Source: Candidatus Scatovivens faecipullorum
GTDB taxonomy: Bacteria > Bacillota > Clostridia > TANB77 > CAG-508
Direction of reading: 5' to 3'
DNA: 64,000 bases
Assembly: GCA_018715625.1 (NCBI GenBank)
Contig: DVLG01000044.1
Span: 5,456 to 69,455 of the forward strand
Shown here: piece by piece, positions 27,976 to 37,905 of the stretch
Position numbering within the stretch: position 1 is the stretch's first letter
How the letters are laid out: every line of letters starts with the position of its first letter
Notes under the pieces: model-generated
The model's input: the letters and a program-made list of their open reading frames with translations, nothing else
Databases searched by the model: none
Told to the model about the DNA's origin: nothing
Made by a program: the position numbers and the translations under genes

Positions 27976-30729
27976 TTATCTTTTTACTTGTTCCATAACA
28001 TATACTTCTAATTGATCTCCTTCTTTAATATCATTAAATCCATCAATTTGAAGTCCACATTCATATCCTTTATCAACTTCTTTAACATCATCTTTAAATC
28101 TCTTTAAAGATACCAATTTTCCATCATGAACAACTATATTATCTCTTATTACTCTTATTCCTGCATTTCTTGCTACTTTACCTGTTAATACATAAGAACC
28201 AGCTATTGTTCCAACATTTGAAACTTTAAATGTTTGCCTTATTTCTGCTGTACCAATAACAACTTCTTTATAAATTGGATCAAGCATACCTTTCATTGCA
28301 GCTTCAACATCATTTATTGCATCATAAATTACAGAATATTGTTTAATTTCTACTCCTTCTTTATCTGCAATAGATTTTGCAACTACTTCAGGTCTTACAT
28401 TAAATGCAATTATAATTGCTCCTGATACTCTTGCAAGTGTAACATCAGATTCTGTTACCCCACCTACATTTGAGTGAATTACTTTCACTTTTACTTCATC
28501 ATTTGATAATTTTTCAAGCGATTGTTTTAAAGCTTCAACAGAACCTTGAACATCTGCTTTAACAATTAAGTTTAATTGTTTTAAGTTTTCACTTTCAATT
28601 TTGCTAAATAAATCATCAAGCGTAACAACAGTATTTGCACCAATTTCTTTTTGATGTTTTTCATATTTCCTTTTTTCAATTAAATGTTTTGCTGTTCTTT
28701 CATCTTTAACTTCATAGAAAATATCTCCTGATTCTGGAACAGATGTTAAACCTGTGATTTCAACAGGCATAGATGGACCTGCTGTTTTAACTCTTTTTCC
28801 TTTATCATTTTGCATAGTTCTAATTCTACCAATAGAAGATCCTACTATAATTGTATCTCCAACATCTAGTTTTCCTCTTTGAACAAGAACAGTTGCAACT
28901 GGTCCTCTAGATTTATCTAGTTTAGCTTCAATTACTGTACCTTTAGCTTGTTTATTTGGATTTGCTTTTAATTCTAATACATCTGCTTGTAATAATACCA
29001 TTTCCAGAAGATTATCTATACCTTCTTTCTTCTTTGCAGAAATAGGAACATATATTGTATCCCCTCCCCATTCCTCTGGTACTAATTCATATTTCATTAA
29101 TTCTTGCTGTACTTTCTCAAAATTAGCATCTGGTAAATCCATTTTATTTACAGCGACTATAATAGGAATTTCTGCAGCTTTTGCATGATTAATAGCTTCA
29201 ACAGTTTGAGGCATTACTCCATCATTTGCAGCAACTACTAATATTGCTATATCTGTTATCATCGCTCCTCTTGCACGCATTGAAGTAAAAGCTTCATGTC
29301 CTGGTGTATCTAAGAAAGTTATATCTCTATCATTAATTTTTACTTGATATGCTCCTATATGTTGTGTAATACCTCCAGATTCACCTTCAATTACATTTGT
29401 ACTTCTAATAGCATCAAGTAAAGAAGTTTTACCATGATCAACGTGTCCCATAACAACAATAACTGGTGGTCTTGGTTTTAAATCTTCTTCTCTATCTTCT
29501 GTTTCATCAATTAATATATCTTCATCTGTTACAACATTTTTCTTATTTGCGTTTATTCCATACTCTTGTGCAATTAAATATGCTGTATCAAAATCAAGTT
29601 CATTATTTATTGTTGCCATAATTCCTAAATTTAATAATTTTTTAATAACATCACTGCTTGTTATTTTCATTTCTGCTGCTAAATCTTTAACTGTAATTGT
29701 TTCTGGGATAGTAATATCCGTTAATTTAAATATTTTTTGTTTTGTTCTGTTTTCCTGTTTTGTATTTTTCTTTTTAGCTCTTCTTCCTCTTTCTGTACTT
29801 AAATCATAATAATCAAGCATTTCGCCTTCTTTAAACATATTTGATAATTTATTTTGTTTTTTCAAATTATTTAATTTATCTGAATCAAAATCATTATCAT
29901 TATTTCTACGGTTATTAGATTTCTTATTATTTTTAGATTCTTCTTGTCTATTTTGTTTTGCTCTATCTTTAGCTTTATTATTACTAAAATCTCTAGCATT
30001 TTCTTTTTCTGTAGGAATATCTACTTCCATAATATTTTTAATTTTTCTATCTATTCCTCTATCATCCAATCTTCTTTGTGCTCCGTTTGAACGACCTTGA
30101 TAATTATTGTCTCTTTTATTAAAATTATTTTTTTGATCATTTCCATTATTATTGAAGTTTCTTTTATTAGAAAAATTATTATTTTTATCTTTATTATAAT
30201 TTGATTTATTGAAATTATTTGTTTCTTTTTTATTTTCGACTTTTTTATCAACGATTTCCTCTGTTTTATTTTTTGCATCATTAACAGAAGTTTCTGAAGT
30301 TATTTTTTCAGAAGCTTTTTCTTCTACTTTTGGAGTTACAACTTTTTCTTCTACCTGATTTTTAGCTTTATCTTGTGCTTTTTCAGGTTTTTCTTCTTTC
30401 TTTTTACCGATTCCTAATAACTCACTTACTGTAAGTGGCTTTGTTGGCTTATCTCTATAAACAATGTTATAATCCTTATTTCTTTTATTTTCAATAAATC
30501 CTATATCTTTTTTTCTTGCTTGTTCTTTTCTTTTTTTCTCTTCTTGTTTTTCTTCTTCATCATTAATAATAACTGCTCTTCTAATGATTACTGGTTCTTC
30601 ATTTTTTTCTTTCTTATTTTCCATAGATTTTATTTTTGAAACTCCTTTATTATTTAATAATTTTTCTATTTTTTTCATCTCGTCTTCTGTAACTGAACTT
30701 AAGTGGCTTTTAACTTCAATTCCGAGCAT
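27976..30729 (-). CDS. infB: translation initiation factor IF-2 (main ORF; the first ~26 codons of the conserved N-terminus are out of frame upstream)
   Basis: 917 aa. G domain [24 protein letters not shown]. Long K/N/E-rich linker. Second IF2_N subdomain [10 protein letters not shown]... Confidence 0.95.
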   Translation of the reverse strand: MLGIEVKSHLSSVTEDEMKKIEKLLNNKGVSKIKSMENKKEKNEEPVIIRRAVIINDEEEKQEEKKRKEQARKKDIGFIENKRNKDYNIVYRDKPTKPLTVSELLGIGKKKEEKPEKAQDKAKNQVEEKVVTPKVEEKASEKITSETSVNDAKNKTEEIVDKKVENKKETNNFNKSNYNKDKNNNFSNKRNFNNNGNDQKNNFNKRDNNYQGRSNGAQRRLDDRGIDRKIKNIMEVDIPTEKENARDFSNNKAKDRAKQNRQEESKNNKKSNNRRNNDNDFDSDKLNNLKKQNKLSNMFKEGEMLDYYDLSTERGRRAKKKNTKQENRTKQKIFKLTDITIPETITVKDLAAEMKITSSDVIKKLLNLGIMATINNELDFDTAYLIAQEYGINANKKNVVTDEDILIDETEDREEDLKPRPPVIVVMGHVDHGKTSLLDAIRSTNVIEGESGGITQHIGAYQVKINDRDITFLDTPGHEAFTSMRARGAMITDIAILVVAANDGVMPQTVEAINHAKAAEIPIIVAVNKMDLPDANFEKVQQELMKYELVPEEWGGDTIYVPISAKKKEGIDNLLEMVLLQADVLELKANPNKQAKGTVIEAKLDKSRGPVATVLVQRGKLDVGDTIIVGSSIGRIRTMQNDKGKRVKTAGPSMPVEITGLTSVPESGDIFYEVKDERTAKHLIEKRKYEKHQKEIGANTVVTLDDLFSKIESENLKQLNLIVKADVQGSVEALKQSLEKLSNDEVKVKVIHSNVGGVTESDVTLARVSGAIIIAFNVRPEVVAKSIADKEGVEIKQYSVIYDAINDVEAAMKGMLDPIYKEVVIGTAEIRQTFKVSNVGTIAGSYVLTGKVARNAGIRVIRDNIVVHDGKLVSLKRFKDDVKEVDKGYECGLQIDGFNDIKEGDQLEVYVMEQVKR

Positions 30730-30805
30730 TTCTCGCTACTTCTAAAACTTTTTTTGTTTCTACATTCAATTTTTTAGCCAGTTCATGAATTTTAATTTTT
30801 TCCAA
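30716..30805 (-). other. infB: out-of-frame 5' fragment of infB (29 codons, TTG start with GGAGG RBS)
   Basis: My translation: (M)[28 protein letters not shown]. This is the canonical start of the first IF2_N subdomain. It stops at TGA, 13 nt after the main-ORF ATG, and lies in the -1 frame relative to the main ORF. Confidence 0.8.
30720..30726 (-). other. heptamer CTCGGAA at the infB frame break
   Basis: Read directly. Minus strand: GCGAGAAATG CTCGGAA TTGAAG. Confidence 0.9.
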
Positions 30806-30806
30806 A

Positions 30807-31115
30807 TTATTCACCTCCATGAATTAGTTTTTTAATAGCAATTGCTAAATTTTGATCTATAATAGCTATAGTTGCCCTGTTATGTTTTCCTATGGCTTTA
30901 CTATTTTCTAAAATATTACCATATATAATTAATTCAACATTTTCTTTATTACAATAATATTTCATATTTTTTATAGTTTTTTCCGAAGCATCTTCTGCAA
31001 TAATAACAAGTTTAACTTTCTTTCTTTCCATCTTTTCTAAAATAATATCTGTTCCTGAAATTACTTTACCTGCTTTAGAAGAAATTCCAAGAAGTCCATA
31101 CACTTTATTTATCAA
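30807..31115 (-). CDS. ylxQ: L7Ae/L30e-family RNA-binding protein YlxQ
   Basis: 102 aa. Position between ylxR and infB, with LGISSKAGKV..G and LVIIAEDAS motifs. Confidence 0.85.
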   Translation of the reverse strand: MINKVYGLLGISSKAGKVISGTDIILEKMERKKVKLVIIAEDASEKTIKNMKYYCNKENVELIIYGNILENSKAIGKHNRATIAIIDQNLAIAIKKLIHGGE

Positions 31116-31380
31116 TAATTACACCTCTTATATTTTCATATAATTCTGAACTTATTTCTGTATCAAATACTTTTTCTAGTTTTTTAGTTTTAATTAATTT
31201 TTCTAGGCATTCTTCATTTTTACAAATATAAGCTCCTCTACCATTTTTCTTTCCCGTTAAATCTACTTCTATAATTCCATCTTTAGATTTAACAATTCTC
31301 AAAAGTTCTCTTTTTTCTTTTTGTTCATTACAAGCTATACAAGTTCTTGCTGGTTTTTTTTTATTTATCAAAACAATCAC
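31105..31380 (-). CDS. ylxR: YlxR/RnpM family protein (DUF448)
   Basis: 91 aa. RTCIACNEQKEKRELLRIV...GRGAYIC motif. Directly downstream of nusA. Confidence 0.85.
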   Translation of the reverse strand: MIVLINKKKPARTCIACNEQKEKRELLRIVKSKDGIIEVDLTGKKNGRGAYICKNEECLEKLIKTKKLEKVFDTEISSELYENIRGVIIDK

Positions 31381-31430
31381 ATCCTAATAAATTTATTTAA
31401 TTATCTTAATTTTCTATTTTATACTGTTTC

Positions 31431-32570
31431 TTACTCTTCATTGCTTTCTGAATTATCTTCTTCATTATTTTCAGTTTCTTCATTTTCTTCTTGCATTTGG
31501 TTTAGTAAAATTTCTCTAATTTGAGATTCTGATTTAATATCTATTTTCCAGTTTGTAAGTCTCGCAGCTAATCTAGCATTTTGTCCAGATTTTCCAATAG
31601 CTAAAGATAATTGGTCATCTGGAACAATTACTTGAGCAAATTTCTCATCTTCTTTAATATCAACAGCCATAACTTGTGCTGGAAGTAAAGCAGCTGCTAT
31701 ATAAATTGCTGGATCCTCATTCCATTCTATAACATCAATTTTTTCTCCATTTAACTCATTTATTATATTTTGAATTCTTACACCTTTTTGCCCTACACAA
31801 GAACCAACAGGATCTATGTTCTCGTCTCTTGAATATACTGCTACTTTACTTCTTGAGCCAGGATCTCTTGAAACACTTTTAATCTCAATTAAGCCTTCAT
31901 ATATTTCTGGGATTTCAAATTCAAATAATTTTCTTACAAAATCTGGATGACTTCTAGAAACTATTACTTGTGGTGTCCCCTTTAAGCCTTTTTCTACCTC
32001 TAAAACATATCCTCTTATTTTGTCATTTACTTTATATGTTTCTGTAGGAATTTGTTCTTTTAAAGGCATTACTCCTTCTAATTTTCCTAAATCCATAACC
32101 ACAATTTTTCCATCAGCTTTTTGAATTATTCCAGAAACAATTTCTCCTTTTTTATCATTAAATTCTGTAAAAATCATATCTTTTTCAGCTTCTCTTATCT
32201 TTTGAACTACTACTTGTTTTGCTTTTTGAGCAGCAATTCTTCCGAAATCTTTAGGCTCAATTTCAATATTTACAATATCACCAACATTGTAGTTTTTATC
32301 GATTTTTTGAGCATCCTCTAAGCTAATTTCAAGTTCTGGTACAGGCAATTCAGAAACTACTTCTCTTGCAGAATAAATATGCATTTCACCTGTTGTTTTA
32401 TCTATAGTAACTTTAACATTTTCGGCATTTTCATCTGCATCAAAATTTTGTTTATAAGCTTTTACTAAAGCCTCTTCCAAAGCTGATACAAGATAGTCTT
32501 TGCTTATTCCTCTTTCTTTTTCTAATTCATCCATAACTTCAATTATTTCTTTCACATCAACTTTTTTCAT
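31431..32570 (-). CDS. nusA: transcription termination/antitermination factor NusA
   Basis: 379 aa with N-terminal, S1 and two KH domains ([28 protein letters not shown]). Acidic tail. Confidence 0.95.
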   Translation of the reverse strand: MKKVDVKEIIEVMDELEKERGISKDYLVSALEEALVKAYKQNFDADENAENVKVTIDKTTGEMHIYSAREVVSELPVPELEISLEDAQKIDKNYNVGDIVNIEIEPKDFGRIAAQKAKQVVVQKIREAEKDMIFTEFNDKKGEIVSGIIQKADGKIVVMDLGKLEGVMPLKEQIPTETYKVNDKIRGYVLEVEKGLKGTPQVIVSRSHPDFVRKLFEFEIPEIYEGLIEIKSVSRDPGSRSKVAVYSRDENIDPVGSCVGQKGVRIQNIINELNGEKIDVIEWNEDPAIYIAAALLPAQVMAVDIKEDEKFAQVIVPDDQLSLAIGKSGQNARLAARLTNWKIDIKSESQIREILLNQMQEENEETENNEEDNSESNEE

Positions 32571-32628
32571 TTTACATTTCCTTTCTTGAAATACTTTTTT
32601 ATAAAATTTTAGTTACTTAATTTATTTT

Positions 32629-33090
32629 TTACCACTCAAAAGTGGTTTTAACAAGAGCTATATCTTTTAAACTTATTTTAATTAACTCATTTTCTTGTTT
32701 TAAAACAATTTCATCATTATTATATTCTTGTAAAATGCCAACTAATTCTTTTTGTTTATTTATAGGTTTGAAAAGTTTTACACTTACTTCATTACCTATT
32801 TGACTTAAAAAATGTTTCTCTTTTCTTAAAACTCTTTCAAGTCCTGGCGAAGATACTTCTAAAAAATACTGTTCTTTAATATAATCTGCTTTATCTAAAA
32901 TATCATTAATTTCATTATTTACTTTTTCACAATCATTAATGTCTATTCCTTCTGGTTTATCAATTATTATCCTTAAATAATAATCTTTTCCCTCTTTTTC
33001 ATATCTAACATCATATAACTCATAACCTAAATTTTCTATAATCTTTTCCAAAAGGTTTTGAACTTTTGTTTCTATATTATTTGATGCCAA
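32629..33090 (-). CDS. rimP: ribosome maturation factor RimP
   Basis: Family pattern LGYELYDVRYEKEGKDYYLRIIID...SSPGLERVL. TTG 33090, preceded by GGAGGTG, is preferred over the track start at 33156, which would run through the leader hairpin. Confidence 0.85.
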   Translation of the reverse strand: MASNNIETKVQNLLEKIIENLGYELYDVRYEKEGKDYYLRIIIDKPEGIDINDCEKVNNEINDILDKADYIKEQYFLEVSSPGLERVLRKEKHFLSQIGNEVSVKLFKPINKQKELVGILQEYNNDEIVLKQENELIKISLKDIALVKTTFEW

Positions 33091-33125
33091 AGTTTCACCT
33101 CCTAAAAGCTTGATTACATTAGTAA

Positions 33126-33148
33126 AGAGTGGGATTTGTTCCCACTCT
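33126..33148 (-). promoter_or_regulatory. leader hairpin in the 5' UTR of the rimP-nusA-infB operon
   Basis: Minus-strand hairpin AGAGTGGGA-ACAAA-TCCCACTCT followed by TTACTAAT. It lies between the predicted promoter and the rimP start. Confidence 0.35.
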
Positions 33149-33176
33149 TCTAGCACATTTATTTTAAGACATTAAT

Positions 33177-33205
33177 ATTATATACTTATTTTCTAGTAAT
33201 TGCAA
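33177..33205 (-). promoter_or_regulatory. sigma-A type promoter of the rimP-nusA-infB operon
   Basis: TTGCAA-17 nt-TATAAT read on the minus strand. Confidence 0.55.
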
Positions 33206-33297
33206 GCTTTTTTTAAAGTTTTATAAAAGTTTTTTCTTTATTTTTCGACTTTTTTAACAAATATGATAATTAATAAAATCAAACTTTAAAAGATTTA

Positions 33298-35010
33298 TTA
33301 TTGCCAAGAAAGTATTGGATAACCTGAATTTTTATTTTCGGTATCTGTTTTAAAAGATTCTCCTAAATTTGACAAAATACTATTTTTCATATCATCATCA
33401 TTTCTAGCATTTTCCGTATTTTGTGAATTAATTGTTGTTTCTAGATAAAAGCAATTCTCTACTGTTCCAAAATTTGCTCCAACAACCCCATCTCCAGAAT
33501 TTTTCACACTTATATTACCCGTATTATAAGAAGTGTATATATAGCTTTCAGATATGTTTTGACCACAAATACCTCCTATTTTTGCTCCGTTTGTTTCTTC
33601 AGCATTTATTTTTCCTGTATTATATGTATTACTAATACTTGCATTATTTAAACCTGCGATGCCTCCACCATTATCTCCTTTTATAATTATTTCACCACTA
33701 TTATAAGAATCCGTTATGTTTCCCATTGTATAATTTAATCCAACAATTCCACCAACATAATTATTTCCACTTACAATACCATTTTTATCGTCTGTATTAT
33801 GGTTATAAGAATTTTGGATTTGAGCTAAAGAATATCCTGCTATACCGCCAACATAATTTTCACCCACAACATTCATAGCCATATTAGAAGAATTCTGAAC
33901 TGTAGTACCATAAAATATAATTCCTGAAATACCTCCAATATAATCTTTTCCAGTGACATTCACCCTATTAGAACAATTTAATATTGTAGCATTATTATTT
34001 GTATAACCAATAATTCCTCCAGCATATTTATCAGCATAAACAAAAGTATTGTCTCCAGTTATATTGCATCTATCAACTCTAGAATTCTCCATACTAATTC
34101 CAGCAAAGCCTCCAACTTTTTCATTTCCTTTAACTTCGACATTTTCAAGGTAACAATTTTCTATTGTTCCACTATTTAAACCAGCTATTGCTCCAACTCC
34201 AGTACCTCCTTTAATATTGCTGTTTTTAATCGTTAAATTTGAAATTATGCCTGCATTAAATCCAAATAATCCTTCATATCTTTTATCTGAATCTATATTT
34301 AAACCTCGTATAGAAAATCCGTTACCATTAAATACACCAGCAAATCTTTTTAAATTTTCTTTTGTTACGTTAACAGAATCATCATAAACTTCTTCTTGAA
34401 CAGCAACTTCATTTTGTGTTTGATTTGTATTTTCAGTTTTTGGTAGTTCATCTAAAAATCCGATTATTGGTGTCCAAAGTGTTCCAGACCAACTGCCATC
34501 ATCATTTTTTCTTGCCCCTAAATCTATGTGTTGTCTTAAAGTAATTGTCACACCACTAAAATTTTTAGCTCCTGAAATAACTTGATCTGCAACCCATTTC
34601 AATTCCTCTGCATTGTAAATATTCAAATTTCCAGCCTCATCAACAGCAGGTTGGCTTGCAGTGCCATTCCAAATTGCAATTCTTCCCTCTACAACATCTC
34701 CATCTAAATATGCAGTATATTCTTTTCCATCTTTCATAATATAATAAGTATCATTATTTACCTGTTCTTTTATTTCTCCACCAAATTCTGATACTATTTC
34801 CTCAATAGTTTTTTCTTTTACTTCTTCAACTTCTTGAACTAAAGCATCTTCAATCTTTTCATTATAATCTTCGTTAGTTTGTTTTCCCAAGTTTTTTACA
34901 AGAAAGTATATTCCAATAATTACAACTACTATAAACATTATAACTAAAATTACTTTTAATATATTAATTCTTCTACTTTCTTTTTCTACTTCTCTTCTTC
35001 CAATTCCCAA
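33298..35010 (-). CDS. membrane-anchored surface protein with GLUG-motif repeats
   Basis: 570 aa with an N-terminal TM. The C-terminal half has about 10 degenerate repeats containing GG(I/F)(A/I/V/S)G: GGFAGI, GGIIGY, GGISGI, GGIAGY, GGIVGL, GGIAGL, GGICGQ. Confidence 0.65.
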   Translation of the reverse strand: MGIGRREVEKESRRINILKVILVIMFIVVVIIGIYFLVKNLGKQTNEDYNEKIEDALVQEVEEVKEKTIEEIVSEFGGEIKEQVNNDTYYIMKDGKEYTAYLDGDVVEGRIAIWNGTASQPAVDEAGNLNIYNAEELKWVADQVISGAKNFSGVTITLRQHIDLGARKNDDGSWSGTLWTPIIGFLDELPKTENTNQTQNEVAVQEEVYDDSVNVTKENLKRFAGVFNGNGFSIRGLNIDSDKRYEGLFGFNAGIISNLTIKNSNIKGGTGVGAIAGLNSGTIENCYLENVEVKGNEKVGGFAGISMENSRVDRCNITGDNTFVYADKYAGGIIGYTNNNATILNCSNRVNVTGKDYIGGISGIIFYGTTVQNSSNMAMNVVGENYVGGIAGYSLAQIQNSYNHNTDDKNGIVSGNNYVGGIVGLNYTMGNITDSYNSGEIIIKGDNGGGIAGLNNASISNTYNTGKINAEETNGAKIGGICGQNISESYIYTSYNTGNISVKNSGDGVVGANFGTVENCFYLETTINSQNTENARNDDDMKNSILSNLGESFKTDTENKNSGYPILSWQ

Positions 35011-35252
35011 ATTAATTACCTACCTTTCAAATATAATCTATTTTATATATAAAACTAAAATTTGTAAACCTTATCTAAAAAAATAAAACAAAATATTATT
35101 TCTTTATAACCCTATCAAACAAACTTTTGTATTCAAAATGTTACAAAAAAAATTAATATCTGTTGATATATTAATATTTTTAAGTTATTATATATATATG
35201 AAAATTACAAATAGATATAATAAGCGTTAAATGCGTGAAAGGATATATAGAT

Positions 35253-37697
35253 ATGGAAAAAATAGAACTACTATCTCCAGTTGGAGATTTTGAATGTCTT
35301 AAAGCAGCTGTACAGAATGGAGCTGATGCTGTTTATTTAGGTGCTTCTACTTTTAGTGCTAGGGCTAGAGCAACAAACTTTGATAATAATCAATTATATG
35401 AAGCAATTTGTTATGCAAAATTAAGGAATGTTAAAGTACATCTTGCTTTAAACACTTTGCTTAAAAATGATGAATTTAATCAAGCTGTAAATTTAGCTAT
35501 AAATACTTATAACTTTGGAGTAGATGCAATTATTGTTCAAGATTTAGGTTTGGCAAGTTATTTACATAAAAATCATCCTGAAATACCATTACATGCCAGT
35601 ACACAAATGACTGTTCATAATTTAGATGGCGTTAATCAACTTGAAAAAGCTGGTTTTTCTCGAGTTGTACTTTCTCGCGAACTTTCTTTAGAAGAAATTC
35701 AATATATCCGCCAAAATACAAAACTTGAACTTGAAGTTTTTATTCATGGTGCACTTTGTATTTCATATTCTGGACAATGCTTACTTTCTAGTATGATTGG
35801 CGGAAGATCTGGAAATCGTGGACTTTGTGCTCAACCTTGCAGATTGCAATATGAACTTATTGAAGAGTCAAATAAAAAAATTTCAGTATTAAATAAGGGT
35901 TATCTTTTAAGTCCTAAAGATAATTTTGGAGTAACTTTTTTACCCGAGCTTATAAAATCTGGTATATCTTCTTTAAAAATAGAAGGACGAATGAAAACAC
36001 CAACTTATGTTGCTGTTGTTACAAAATTTTATAGAAAATATATTGATTTAATTTTTAATAATATCAATTTAGATAATCAAACTTTAAAACAATTAATAAA
36101 TAAAAATTTAGAAATTATAAATAATGAAACAGGACTATCTGATAAAGAAGAAATAACTCAAGTCTTTAATCGTGGTGGCTTTTCTACTGGACATTTTTCT
36201 TCTTTGCCTAATAAAGAACTTATTTTTAAAGAAAAGCCAAATAATATGGGGATTTATGTTGGAACTATTTCTAATATAAATGAGAACAAGGGACACATTA
36301 CTCTAACACTTGAAAATTCTTTATCTATTGGAGATAAAATTTCTATTAATGATGAAATTTATACTATTTCAGAGCTAATGATAAATAATCAAAATTTTGA
36401 ATCTTTAGAAGCTGGACATACAGTAAAAATAGGTAGAATGAAAGGAAAACTTTCTAATGGTTCTAAAATCTATAAACTAGAAGATTCTAAGTTAAATAAA
36501 TATATATTTTCTTCTTTTAAAGAAGATAAAAATTTTAAAAAAGTTAAAATAAATGGAGAAATTACTGTAAAATCTAAAATGCCAATTTCACTTAAAGTTT
36601 GGTCATATGACGGTTTTTATAAAGACCTAGAAGTAAATTTAACTACTTCTACTATCCCTCAAAAAGCTTTAAGACAACCTCTTACAAAAGATAAACTTAT
36701 AGAACAAATCTCAAGAACTGGAAATACTGAATTTGAATTTGAAAATCTTTTTGTTAATTTAGATAAGAATTTATTTGTACAAACTGGAGCTCTTAATGAA
36801 TTAAGAAGAAAAGTTTTAAATGCTTTGGAAGAATTAGTTTTAAATAAATATAAACATAATTTAGAAAATGTTGAACTTCAATATATATCTCCTACTCTAC
36901 TAGACAATTCTAAAACAAAAAAAATATCTTTACTTTTAAACATATTAAAATTAGATAATAATTATTTAAAATTATCACACATAGATAAATTATATATACC
37001 TTTAAATTATTTTTTAGATAGAAAATATGAAACTTTAATTAAAAAACTTGCAAATAAATTTAATATTTACATATATCTTCCAAATGTTATAAAAGATAAT
37101 AAACTAAAATATATAAATTTTAAAGAAATTTCACAAACTTTCTCTGTAAAAGGATTTGTTATATCTCATTTATCTCAATTAGAAAAAGTATCTGATTTAA
37201 AACTAGAAAATATTGGAAATTTCACTTTAAACATTTATAATAATTATTCTATAAATAAATTAAAAGAATTAGGTTTTTCAACATATACAATTTCACCTGA
37301 ACTAAGTAAATTTGAAATAAATGATGTATTAGATAAATCTTGTATTCCATCTGAGGTAACAGTATATGGAAAAACTCCTGTTATGACAAATAATTATTGT
37401 TACCTTGGAGAATCTAACAAATGTTATAAAGATTGTAAACATCTTTGCAAAACTAACAATATTTTTTATTTAAAAGACAGATTAGGCTTTAAATTTAGAA
37501 TTTTACCAGATACTACATCTACTATAACAACAATATTTAATAGCAAAACACTCTCTATAAAATATGATGATGTTTTATCAACCTCTATTCGTATTGATAT
37601 TTTAGATGAGAATATTAATGAAATTCAAAAAATTATTGATATTATTTCAAAAGGTAATTGTTTTGAAGGGCAAGAATATACAAACGGAAATTTTTAA
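35253..37697 (+). CDS. peptidase U32 family protein (long form, collagenase-like / RNA hydroxylation-associated family)
   Basis: MEKIELLSPVGDFECLKAAVQNGADAVYLG... and E-x-F-x-H-G-A-L-C-x-S-Y-S-G-x-C (EVFIHGALCISYSGQC). ATG 35253 is preferred over the GTG at 35235. Confidence 0.85.
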   Translation: MEKIELLSPVGDFECLKAAVQNGADAVYLGASTFSARARATNFDNNQLYEAICYAKLRNVKVHLALNTLLKNDEFNQAVNLAINTYNFGVDAIIVQDLGLASYLHKNHPEIPLHASTQMTVHNLDGVNQLEKAGFSRVVLSRELSLEEIQYIRQNTKLELEVFIHGALCISYSGQCLLSSMIGGRSGNRGLCAQPCRLQYELIEESNKKISVLNKGYLLSPKDNFGVTFLPELIKSGISSLKIEGRMKTPTYVAVVTKFYRKYIDLIFNNINLDNQTLKQLINKNLEIINNETGLSDKEEITQVFNRGGFSTGHFSSLPNKELIFKEKPNNMGIYVGTISNINENKGHITLTLENSLSIGDKISINDEIYTISELMINNQNFESLEAGHTVKIGRMKGKLSNGSKIYKLEDSKLNKYIFSSFKEDKNFKKVKINGEITVKSKMPISLKVWSYDGFYKDLEVNLTTSTIPQKALRQPLTKDKLIEQISRTGNTEFEFENLFVNLDKNLFVQTGALNELRRKVLNALEELVLNKYKHNLENVELQYISPTLLDNSKTKKISLLLNILKLDNNYLKLSHIDKLYIPLNYFLDRKYETLIKKLANKFNIYIYLPNVIKDNKLKYINFKEISQTFSVKGFVISHLSQLEKVSDLKLENIGNFTLNIYNNYSINKLKELGFSTYTISPELSKFEINDVLDKSCIPSEVTVYGKTPVMTNNYCYLGESNKCYKDCKHLCKTNNIFYLKDRLGFKFRILPDTTSTITTIFNSKTLSIKYDDVLSTSIRIDILDENINEIQKIIDIISKGNCFEGQEYTNGNF

Positions 37698-37714
37698 ATT
37701 TTTTATTAAAAATA

Positions 37715-37800
37715 AAAAGACCACTACTTATGAAGTGCACCCCCTAAATGTTAACTTTTTTATAACATTTTTGGTTCAGTTCATTGTATAGTGGTCTTTT
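37715..37800. terminator. nested hairpin element between convergent genes (probable bidirectional terminator)
   Basis: The outer 12-bp stem AAAAGACCACTA / TAGTGGTCTTTT encloses 62 nt. That loop holds an inner 8-bp hairpin AAATGTTA/TAACATTT and a GC-rich GTGCACCCCC patch. Confidence 0.45.
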
Positions 37801-37905
37801 TATATACCTTTTTTACATTCTGATAGTTTTTATCTTTTATTTCAAATTCAACCTTACTAGTTTTAATTGTTATATTTTTTATTTCATTTTGAATTATATT
37901 TTTAT

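Noticed and set aside
30051-30281. 76-aa same-strand ORF overlapping infB in another frame
   Set aside because: It lies within the K/N/E low-complexity linker of IF2. Its translation is I/K-only low complexity with no independent signals.
29850-30650. A/G-rich low-complexity stretch (poly-Lys/Asn/Glu coding) in infB
   Set aside because: It is the normal variable, charged linker region of IF2 in AT-rich Firmicutes, in frame and continuous.
33400-34300. Periodic signal in the GLUG-repeat gene, considered as a DNA repeat array
   Set aside because: The repeats are degenerate at the nucleotide level and in frame. They are protein-level GLUG motifs, not a DNA repeat element or CRISPR.
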